A stretch of DNA of 64,000 nucleotides from the human T2T-CHM13v2.0 reference genome, Homo sapiens. Numbering within the stretch: position 1 is the first letter of the stretch; each line of letters opens with the position of its first letter. Positions 53,634 to 64,000 of this stretch are shown here, piece after piece. The notes beneath the pieces were generated by a model. The model was not told the origin of the DNA and did not search any database. It was given only the letters and a program-made list of their open reading frames with translations. Position numbers and translations under genes: made by a program. Location: NCBI RefSeq assembly GCF_009914755.1, contig NC_060941.1; one strand, 5' to 3'.

Positions 53634-54420
53634 ACATATAAATGGAATCATACAATATGTAGCATTTTTGGTTTAGCTTCTTTTACTTATCAAAATGCAT
53701 TTGAGGTTCATTCATGTTGTTTTGTAAATCAACATTTTTTTTGTTTGTTTGAATTTTCAGTGGATAAGAACTACTCCTTTGTATCATAATTTGGTCATGC
53801 ATTTACCAGTGGAAGGACATGGGTATTGTTTCCAAGCTTTGCTAGTGGTAATAGAGCTGCTATAATATAAACCTTTGTGTGCACATTTTGTGTGAATGTA
53901 AGTTTTCATTTATTTTGGGCAAATACCTAGGTGTGTGTTAGCTGGATCACCTGGTGAGTGTATTTAACTTTATAAGAAACTGCCAAATGTTTTTTCAGAA
54001 GGTTGTACCAATTTACATTTCTACCAGTAATGCATGAGAGTTCCAGTACCTTTGCCTAGGTATTGTCATTTTGTTTTTTAGTCATTGTAAGTGGTGTCAG
54101 TGGTATCTCAATGATGTTTTAACTTAATTTTCTCTGATGACTAATACTATTGAGTATCTTGTCCTATATATTTTGAGAATCTTTTCATATATTGTTTGCT
54201 ATCTATTTGGGTAAAGTTTCTATTGACAAAATTTGCCTATTTTTAAACTCGGGCTTTTTTATTTTTTATTTTTCAGTTTTGAGAGTCCTTTATTCAGAAT
54301 ACAAGTTATTTGTAAGAAACAGGATTTACAAATATTTTCTTTTAGTCTGTGGCTTGTCTTCTCATTCTCTGAACTGTGTCTTTTGCCCAGCCAAAGTTAC
54401 TAATTTTAATTATTGTTTTA
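53634..54420 (-). mobile_element. L1MC/MD-like 3' region
   Basis: catataaatggaatcatacaatatgta...gaaactgccaaa...catgagagttccag. Confidence 0.75.
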
Positions 54421-54778
54421 TTAATTAATGTATTTTATTTGTAAAAATTTAGTGGCTATAAGCACAGTTTTGTTACATGGCTATGTTGTGTAGTGGTGAA
54501 GTCTGAGCTTTTAATGTAAACAACACCTGAAGAGTGTACATTGTACCCATTAAGTAATTTCTCATTCCTCACCACCCCACTCTCTTACCCTTCCAAGTCT
54601 CCAGTGTCTAATATTCCACTCTCTATCTCCATGTGTACACACTATTTAACTCCCACTTACAAGTGAAAACCTGTGGTATTTGACGTTCTGTTTCTGAATA
54701 GTTTCACATAAGATAACGGCCTCCAGTTCCATCCATGTTGCTGCAAAATACATGATTTTATTATTTTCTACAAATGAA

Positions 54779-55710
54779 TAGTATTCCATGATGTATATAT
54801 ATTTTAGACATATATATCATATCATATGATATATCACATCATATGATATATGAGGTTCAATTGATTCACAGTTCAGCATGGGTGGGGAGGCCTCAGGAAA
54901 CTTACAATTATGGCAGAAGGTGAAAGGGAAGCAGGGCACCTTCTTCACAGGGTGGTAGGAAGAAGTGCTCCATATCATATCATATGATATATATGTCTAA
55001 AATATATATACACCATGGAATACTACATAACATAAAATATATATACACCTATAATATGTATTTTATATATTAAGCATAGTATATAAAATATATATATAAT
55101 ATGTGGACATAAAGATATATATTTATGTGTATATGTTAAATATACATTATATATACACATAAATAAATATTACATGTGTATATATTTACATGTGTATATA
55201 TATTTTATATTATATCTCATATATATTTAATATGTAATATATACTATTATATATATAATATATACTATATAATTTGTATATGTAATATGTAAATATGTAT
55301 ATATTTATATGTGTATATTATATATTATATACACATCTAAGATATATATGTGTATATTATATATTATATACACATCTAAGATATATATGTATATAATACA
55401 TAATATATTTATATATAATTATATATAATAATGCATATATACTATGTATGCATATAATATATAATACATGCATATAATATATCAAATATAATATATGCAT
55501 ATAATATATCAAATATATGTCATAAATATATATTTTATAATATATAAATATAAATAATATATGATATATGTGTATACATATATACCTAACATAACTCTTC
55601 TAGATACTGACTGTTTTGTAGGTATATACACACTGTGTAAAAAAAAAAAAAGTCAATATCTAGAAGTGTTTTTTAGGTATGTGTTAGGTATACATACCCT
55701 GGTATATCTA
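54779..55710. repeat. AT-rich low-complexity island with inverted repeats
   Basis: Imperfect (TA)n; inverted arms 54779-54833/54971-55025 and 55582-55612/55651-55680. Confidence 0.9.
54852..54969 (-). mobile_element. 118-bp orphan THE1D fragment
   Basis: 107/118 identical, ungapped, to 56516-56633; no LTR termini. Confidence 0.9.
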
Positions 55711-56452
55711 TTCATTCACGTTTTGTGATATGTATCCAGTCATCCCTTAATGGAGTCAGGTTCCATAGTTTTGCTATTGTGAATAGTGCTGCTATAAACA
55801 CACAAATGCAGCCATCTTTTTGATGTAACGATTTCTTAATTATTTCTTTTCCTTTGTGTAGATACCCAGTAGTTAGATTGCTGGGTTGAATGTTAATTCT
55901 ATGTTTAGTTCTTTGAGAAATCTCCATTCTGTTTTTCATAGATGTACAAATTTAAATTCCCATCCACAGCATAAGAGCATTCCCTTTTCTCCATATCTTC
56001 ACCAACAACTCTTATTTTTGACTTTTTAAAATAGACACTTTAAGTGGTGTAATTAAAATGGTGATAGCACATTGCCGTTTTAATTTTCATTTCTCTGAAT
56101 TAGTGACGTTGAGCATTTTTTATATGTTTTTTGGCCATTTGTAGGTATTATTTTAAGAAATATCTGTTTCTGCCCTTTGCCTACTTTTAAATAGGGTTGT
56201 TTCTTTTGTTTTTTGTTGTTGTTGGGTTACTTGAGTTTCTTGCAGGTTCTGGATATTAGTCCTTTGAAGGATGCATAGTTTGCAAATATTTTCTCTCATT
56301 CTGTGAGTTGTCTATTCACTCTGTCGATTATTTATTTTGCTGTGCAGAATCTTTTTAGTTTAATTAAGTCCCATTTGTCTATTTTTTATTGCATTTGCTT
56401 TTGAAGTCTTAGTCATGAATCATTTTCCTAGGTCAATATCTAGAATAGTTTG

Positions 56453-56837
56453 TGTATTACTCTGTCTTCATACTGCTACAAAGAACTGCCTGACATTGGG
56501 TAATTTATAAAGGAGGAGGTTTAATTGATTCACAGTTCAGCATGAGTGAGGAGATTTCAGGAAACTTATAATTATGACAGAAGGTGAAAGGGAAGCAAGG
56601 TACCTTCTTCACAGGGCGGTAGGAAGAAGTGCTGAGCAAAGGAGGAAAAATCCCTTATAAAACCATCAGATATCCTGAGAACTCACTCACTATCATGAGA
56701 ACATCATGGGGGAAACCACCCCTATGATTCAATTACCTCTACCTGGTCTCTCCCTTGACACGTGTAGGGATTATGGGATTATGGGGATTACAATCCAAGA
56801 TGAGATTTGGGTGCGGTTACAAAGCCTAATCATATCA
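56453..56837 (-). mobile_element. THE1D solo LTR
   Basis: tgtattac...aagaactgcctga...ctggtctctcccttgacacgtg...aaagcctaatcatatca; perfect 5-bp TSD gtttg. Confidence 0.93.
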
Positions 56838-59800
56838 GTTTGTATAGGTTTTCTTCTAATATTTTCATAATTTCAGGTTTTACATTTAAATATTTAATCT
56901 ATCTTGAGTTAATTTTGTATAAGGTGAGAGATAGGAATTCAGTTTCATTTTTCTGCATATGGCAATCCAATTTTCCCAGCACCATTTATTGAATAGGTCT
57001 TTCCCCAGTGTATGTTTTTGTTGACTTTATCAAATATCAGATCCATGTAGTCAATAAGTATGTGCCTTTATTTCTGGGTTCTCTATTCTGTTCCATGCAT
57101 CTATGTGTCTATTTTTATACCAGTACCATGATATTTTGGTTACTATAGCTTTGAAGTATAATTTGAAATCAGGTAATGTGATGCCTTCAGATTTGTTCTT
57201 TTTCATAGGATTGCTTTAGCTATTTACCCTCTTTTTTTGGTTCCATGTGAATAGTTGAATTGTAATTTCTAATTCTGTGAAAAAATGTCATTGGCATTTT
57301 GACAGAAATTGCATTGAATCTGTAGATTCCTTTGGGAGGTATGGTCATTTTAATAACATTAATTATTCCAATCCATGAGCATAGGTTGTTTTTCCATTTG
57401 TATGTGTTCCCTATAATTTCTTTCATCAGTGGTTTTTGTTCGTTTGTTTGTTTTTTCTTGTAGAGATTGTTCACTTCTTTGGTTAAGTTTATTCCTAGGT
57501 ATTTTTTATAGCTATCGTAAATGAGATTGACTTCTTGATTTAGTTCTCAGCTTGATTGTTATTGGTGTATAACAATGCTACTGACTTTTGTACATTAATA
57601 TTGTATCCTGAAACTGTGCTGAATTTATTTATCAACTCTAGGAGATTTTTGGATAAATCTTTAGGGTGTTCTAGGTATTAGATCATATAATCAGCAATGA
57701 GGGACAATTTGACTTCCCTTCCAATTTGGATACCATTTATTTTTTTTTCTCTTGCCTGATTGCTCTTGCTAGGACTTCCAGGACTATGTTGAATGAGTGT
57801 GGAAAGTAGGCATCCTTCTGTTGTTCCAGATCTTAGAGGGAATGCTTTCAGCTTTCCCCTGTAAAGTATGATGTTGGCTGGGGGTTTGTTGTATATGACT
57901 TTTATTGTTTTGAAGTATGTTGCTTCTATACATACTTTGTTGAGGGTTTCATGAAGGGATGCTGAATTTTATCAAATGCTTTTTCCATATCTATTGAGAT
58001 GATCATGTGGTTTCTGCCTCTATTGAGATGATCATATGGTTTTTGTTTTTAATTCTGTTTAAATGGTGAATCACATTTATTGATTTATGTAGGTTGAACC
58101 ATCCTTGCATCCTTGGGATAAAACCCACTTGATTTTGTTATATTATCTTTTTATGTACTGTTGGATTTGTTTTGCTATTTTTTTTGAGGATTTTTGCATA
58201 TATGTTCATCAGGGATATTTGTCTGTAGTTTTCTTTTCTTGTTTTGTCCTTGCTTGGTATTAGGGTAATCATTTGGTGTTAGGCTGATACTGGCTTTAAG
58301 GAAAAGTTAGGAAGGATTCTCTCCTCCATTTTTTGAAAGCGTTTAAGGAGGATTGGTGCCAATTCTTTTTTGTATGTTTTGTAGAATTTAGCTGTGAATC
58401 CACCTGGTCCTGGGCTTTTGTGTGTGTGTGTGTTTGGAGATTTTTTATTACTGATTCAGTCTTGCCACTCATTGTTGGTCTGTTCAGGTTTTCCATTTCT
58501 TCCTGGTTCAGTCATGAGAGGTTGCATGTTTCCAGGAACTTATCTATTTCCTGTAGGTTTCTCATGTGTTAGTGTATAGTTATTCATAAGATCTCTGATG
58601 ATATTTTGTATTTCTGTGGTATAAGTTATAATGTCTCCATTTTTATTTTTTATTTTGTTTACTTGGGTCTTGTTATTTTAGCTAGTGATTATCAATTTTG
58701 TTTATCTTTTCAAACAACCAACTTCTTGTTTTGTTGATGATTTTTATTTTTATTTTGGTTTTTATTTCACTTAGTTCTGATACAAGGTTTGTTATTTATT
58801 TTCTTGTGTCTTTTTTCTGTAGTTGGTATTCTCATTCATTGGTTTATCTATCATTGCACAAATACCTGTGTAGTTATTTTTAATTGCTCCCTTTCCTACT
58901 AGATGTTAAATTGGTAAACTCAAATTTCTTTTGCTCATTATGTCAGTATTAGCACTTAGGACAATGTCACAGAATGAAGTTAATATTTTCTAAATACATA
59001 AAGTAATTAAACCTTCGATTATAAAAATAGACACGTTTCACATTTACATTTTTGGTTTATCTTGTTATTCTCTAAGGAGCATTATCCAGCTTTACCTTTT
59101 TCTAAGTGGCTATTTGCCTTGACACCATATGCCAAATAATCTATCTTTTCCTCCAGTAATTTGAAATGTCATTGTCAATAAAAGATGGGGTATACTAAAT
59201 GCCCCTTTTGTCTTGGGTCTATGTTTAGACTATATTCTCTCTATTGGTCTTTAACAGGAGAAATTTTAAATTCAAAGTAGTATAAACTGTAGAGTCTAAT
59301 GTTAACATTTTTTAGCACTAAAAAATCTAAGCAACTAATACTTTCATGTTTAATGAAAAAATATAATGTGTAAATACAGAAAAATGGATTGTATTTATTT
59401 ACTCTCCATTAATTGTTGGCAGAAATGATTTACTTGCAAGTTTGCAAATAACTTGTTACTATAGCCTGAAGGACTAATTAAATGAAAAACTTCAAAATCT
59501 TCAAAATGAAAAACTTCAAAATGCATCTCATTACCAAATATTAGTCTAACAACATTATTTTAAGCAAAATTATTAAATATTGTCAAAAAATAAAGTTTCA
59601 ACTAAAATACTGCTATGATTTGCATAAAATTGTGAGTATTTAGCATGATATTAAAAATATTTATTGGTCTGTTTTGTGTTTATGTGCCTTTGTAAGCAGG
59701 TATAATACCTATTGTGTTTAATTTGTGTGCTTCAGGAACTAAGGGGAAAAGTATGAATGTGTAATTAGAAGACTTACATTTTAGCATCTTGTCTTAGTTT

Positions 59801-59879
59801 ACAAATGGGTGAAATAATAAAATCTTCTCTGCCTCTTTCACAGGGTATGTGAACATGCTTGTTAAAAAGAGTCCCATTT

Positions 59880-61462
59880 AATTATAACCTATAGCTACTA
59901 CCTGGGCATTTTGAGCTCCTGTGTCCAGCAAGAAACAAACAAGAAAACTCTCTTTTCTGTAATAAAGATACCACAGCTGGCATTGTCACTGTGATTGGAG
60001 ATACTATTTGATTGCGCTTGCAGTAGTCTGTAATCGTCATTGAGATTGCATCTGGTTTCTGCAGCATCCACACTAGAGAATCAAATGGAGACATGATGGG
60101 GACCTCTGCCTCTGCCTCCTTTAGATCTTTAATGGTGGCACCAATCTTTGCCATTCTCTGCTTGCCAGGATGCTATATTGCTTTGAGTTCACTATTTTGC
60201 CTTGGGATGGTCATGTTTCAAGGTTTCCACTAGACCTCCACATGATAGTTTTTTTCCCACAGACCATGATTCCACTGTGGGGGGTATGCTAATTTTCAAT
60301 GATACTAATTCCAATTTTACATACATGAACTGGTGAAATGACCACTGTAAACTGGATATTGTCTAGGACTCCATTTATTACCCGAGTCCTATGTGTCTTC
60401 ACTTTAATTTTGTGGCCATGATGATGTTTCAGGTCTCAGAGTCTCAATGTCAACACATATCCTGTGTCCAAGAATTTTTAAAATGTTTATGCATGTTGCA
60501 CCATCTCTTGGGATCCTTGCCAGCTGTCAGATTCTTTATATCAGGAGAATGCTTCAAAATCAATGAACTCTCTCTTATCAAATTGCATGTTCTTAGCACC
60601 TTTGTTTAAGTATCCTGAGGATCCTGTTCCATAAGCACTTGCAAGCCAGGTTGTGCAGCTCCTTAGGCATATAGACTCTTTCCTGCCATATTAGACCCAG
60701 CATGTTTCCAGTTTGGTTATGCTATGATTTAACCTTTAGGTACAGGCCTACAGGTAGAGGAAAAGTCTGGAGGAATGCATCTGTTCCCTTGTGAGAGAGA
60801 TGCCTGGCATTGTCTTCCCACTTGGAGGGATGTAGTGCCCACTCTTATTGGGGAAAGCTGAAGCACTTCTGCAAACACAGAAGACTCAGAAGAGTCTGGG
60901 CAGATAAAATTTTTAGAGGCCTCCACCATGATATTTTCATTTAGGTTTTTCTGATCTAGGTCCTGACCTTGGCATAACAGACCTGACTTAATTGTGTTTA
61001 ACTTTCTTTGAAATTCAGACACTGGCCTTATTAAGTCTTAACTTAGATTTATCCATACTCCCATTGCAGATGAGAGCTCAATTGCGTGAAAACAAAGAGA
61101 CCCACTGGCATTTGCCAGTGACTTTCAATTGCTTGTTATTGGCCATCATCAGTTCGTTATATTTCTGGAGCACATCAATCATGCTTCGCAATAATATTCA
61201 ATATTGTTATTTTTAGAGCTCCTAATTTCTTAATGTCTTTTAATGGACAGCTAATTATATTCTTCCACAAATGCACCATTTCCATTTAGCGCTGGTGAAA
61301 ATTTTAAAAATTGGACCATCACTTTGTGCTAAAGGCTGCCTGTGCTTTACCTGCTACCAGCAATGGAGGTGGGGGGGGGTCCTCATTATCAGCCAGGTGT
61401 GAGCAATTTGCCTCCAAAATCCCATCTTACCACCATTTTAGGTGGTTACTCGTAGTAATGAC
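59880..61462 (-). pseudogene. Decayed ERVL gag-pro-pol(RT N-terminus) internal segment (HERV16/ERV3-16A3-like)
   Basis: ORF 59882-60154 IGATIKDLKEA...SPFDSLVWMLQKPD...TDYCKRNQIVSPI resembles ERVL RT; protease LDTG at 60460-60471; gag-like SEFQRKLN at 60729-61022. Confidence 0.85.
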
Positions 61463-61826
61463 TGCTGTAGGTTGGGTTCAAAGGAAACAGCCACTAGAAT
61501 TTTGGGTGCAAATGCTTATTATGGATTAACGCCTGTGAAAGAAAAAGTGGGGTTTGGTAGAGGGAAAAGTCAAATTGTGATGCCGGCTTGACAAAAACAA
61601 ACCCAACGGGAAGCTCTAGAGTTGACATTTATACTTTTGCTTCACTCAGTCATCATATGCTGGGTTGACCCAGCAAGAATATGATCTTGGCAGGATGGCT
61701 TTCTGCAGGTAAGGCAGATCATTGAGGTGCTTACAGGTGGAAGCTGTCTGTTGACTGTACTCCCCACAGCTGTCAAACAAATTTTTCCCTGAAGGGAACT
61801 AGATGGCGCATCTCTGTGTCTCAATA
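61463..61826 (-). mobile_element. LTR16A-like 5' LTR of the ERVL remnant
   Basis: tgctgtaggttgggttc...agagggaaaagtc...aacccaacgggaagctct...cctgaagggaactagatggcgcatc. Confidence 0.75.
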
Positions 61827-62085
61827 TGTTCACATACAAGCAGAGCAGGCCATTACTAGACAATCTCTCTAGCACATTTCATGGTCAGTATTAAAGTGAC
61901 AGAACTTGGTTTTGCCAATTTTCACCTTTGGTGAAATACTCATGGTACCACTAGACCTCAGATTTTCTTTTTGTTTGATGGTTTGTATATTTGTTTGCTT
62001 TTTATCTTTAAAATGGTAGTGCTTTCTGGCCAACACATATCCTGATGAGTGACTATGATAATCAGAGGAATAAAGCTAATTTTAA

Positions 62086-62112
62086 ACACACACACACACA
62101 CACACACACACA
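62086..62112. repeat. (CA)n microsatellite
   Basis: Direct reading. Confidence 0.97.
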
Positions 62113-63129
62113 TTGTAAATGACAAAGCCCTATACCAAAGTAACATGTTAGTGCTAATGGCTGTTTTCCTTTTACTGATTTCTAGGGCTAGGTATCTAGA
62201 GCCTTTTTCTTCCCCTAACGTTCTTGTTTGATGTCTTGCTCTCTGATTTGGAACCAAAGTTAGACCTGAGAAATCAAGTTGGGCCTGACAGGGCAGATTA
62301 TAAGGTCTTTATCATCCTATCAGATGGTCCTTTTCATGAACAAGAGAACATATTCCCTTGAAACTGAATATTGGGTAAAACTATTCATATTTCCCAAAAT
62401 GAGATATATAGGAAGTAATGGTGGGGCCAGCCAGTCCATCTCCATAACTCAGAAACACCTGGCACAGTTAGCATAATCCATTTGTGCCAATAAAATCCAG
62501 TGTGTCCTGACACAGAATTCTTCCAGCTGTCATAAAGGGACTTGGGTACCTTTGGATACCATATGCTGGCAATAAGTCTAGCCTAATAGCCAAGTTCATG
62601 GTCCCCTCATTGCTTTTAAGTCATTCCTAAGCATCACAAGGACCCCCTCAAAACTACCATTTAGCTGTCACACATGTCAGCAGAGGCAAGCTAAGGGATG
62701 ATGAATAACAGGACCACCAAAAATAACACGGGCCAATATGTTCCCTACCAACTCTTTTTCTCTGAAAATGCAGATCTTACACAGCATTAAGTGGTGAAGA
62801 TAAAGGCAGTACTGCCAGTGAAATGTCACCATTAGATGTGTTTTCTTATCCAAGATACCCACCTACTTGGGTCACAAGCCCAGGGATGCTAGTCTTCCTG
62901 AAGAGGCAGGTGACAGGAAAGATTTAGGAAAGAACAGCCTGTCAGTGAGTGAAGTTAGTGAAGAGAAGCCAGACTCTCCTATACAACCCCTTACTCCTAC
63001 AAGAGATTTTAAATGGCGTGATGTGGGCCTACTGCCCTTGCTGGTGGCAGTATAACATGACAGATTGGCTTGATATTCCTACTCATGTCCTACATTTAAT
63101 GCAGGCGGGGGTGCTTTGTGACTTTTTTT

Positions 63130-63575
63130 TTTAACCTAAAATGCATTTTCTCCATTTCTTCAACCTCATGATCTCCCCAACATCCCTCTGACCACATCTT
63201 CTACCATTCAATTCCAGCCACCCTAGCCTCTTGGTTAATCCTCAAATCTACCAACCTGCTCCTCTTCCTGGGTCTTCAGTGTTATTGCTCCCTCTTGTTT
63301 AAATGCTTTTCTCCTAGATATTTGCAAGACTTGCTCTCTCCTTGGCCTGTTAATGTATCAGAAATGCTGCCTCCTCTTCCATTCCTTTCTCTGTTTTATT
63401 TTTCTCCATAGCAGTTATCGCCACTTGATTAGTATGTATTTATTATTAACTTATCTGTTCATCCCCTCTTTGTCACTAGCCCTCTGTTTGAGATGAAAGC
63501 TCCATGAGAACAGGGGTTATGTCTATTTTTGCACTGCTGTCACAGAACAACAACTCAAATATTGTTGAATATTGA
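63130..63575 (+). mobile_element. L2a 3' region
   Basis: ttccagccaccctagcctc...aatgcttttctcctagata...aagctccatgagaacaggg...aaatattgttgaat. Confidence 0.75.
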
Positions 63576-63972
63576 AGGCTATGCAACTTCTTCCTCATGC
63601 CCAGTTAAAATGTCTTTATTTTCCCTTAAGCCATCTCTCATCTCCAACCTCTATCCTGGTCTTCTCATGTCTTTCATTGGTTCTATAATAATTTCTTAAG
63701 ACATTTGACACTTCTTCCTAGATCATGTGATTGTAATAAATATCAAAGCTATTGACATTTCATCTTATTATACTATAAGCCCCTCAAAGTGTGGGCTGTT
63801 TAATGTAATTCTGAATCCTCTCTAGTACATTGATCTGTGCTTATTAAGTATTTGGAAGATAGGTGAATGTCTGTAGTGTTAATAATTTAATTCGTTTGTT
63901 CATTTACTCATTTGCTTAATAAAAGACTGGCAATCATTGCGCTAAATGCTGCTTCTGTAGTGAATGAAGCAG

Positions 63973-63997
63973 AAACCAAACCAAACCAAACCAAACA
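63973..63997. repeat. (CCAAA)n simple repeat
   Basis: aaaccaaaccaaaccaaaccaaac. Confidence 0.9.
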
Positions 63998-64000
63998 AGA

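Larger units (their letters stand above)
54426..58810 (-). mobile_element. L1PB4-like, 5'-truncated (3' UTR plus ORF2 remnant), interrupted by an AT-rich island and THE1D
   Basis: gttttgttacatgg...tagtggtgaagtctg 3' end; ORF2 remnants [31 protein letters not shown] (57220-57474) and ENLNRP...ESVIKNL (58296-58496). Confidence 0.9.

Noticed and set aside
54779-55025. Inverted arms as TIRs of a new MITE
   Set aside because: The arm derives from the host L1 sequence itself and there is no TSD; fold-back copying explains it better.

Overview
This is AT-rich primate (human-like) non-coding DNA, either intronic or intergenic. I can support no protein-coding gene, RNA gene, CpG island or CRISPR array. 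The supplied ORFs are chance ORFs, Alu or simple-repeat translations, or decayed L1/HAL1/ERV coding remnants. A large part of the window is interspersed repeats: Alu (J, S, Y), MIR, L2, L1 (L1PB4, L1MC/ME, HAL1), MaLR LTRs (THE1, MSTA, MLT1), ERV1 LTRs (MER41B, LTR2, LTR9, MER34-like), ERVL elements (MLT2, LTR33, LTR16A plus an internal segment) and hAT DNA transposons (MER58A, MER94). Family and subfamily names come from my recall of consensus sequences, not from a search, and boundaries of old elements are approximate. I did not find a new biological system. The most unusual structures are: (1) an AT-rich island inside L1PB4 built from fold-back inverted repeats and fragments apparently copied from the THE1D site 0.8-1.7 kb away; (2) a four-level nest centred on an apparently polyadenylated, L1-retroposed ERV transcript; (3) a 158-bp dispersed duplication with a palindrome at one junction; (4) a MER41B LTR retaining one perfect STAT (GAS) site; and (5) several + strand exon-like splice signals, including a recursive-splicing-like AG|GT motif.
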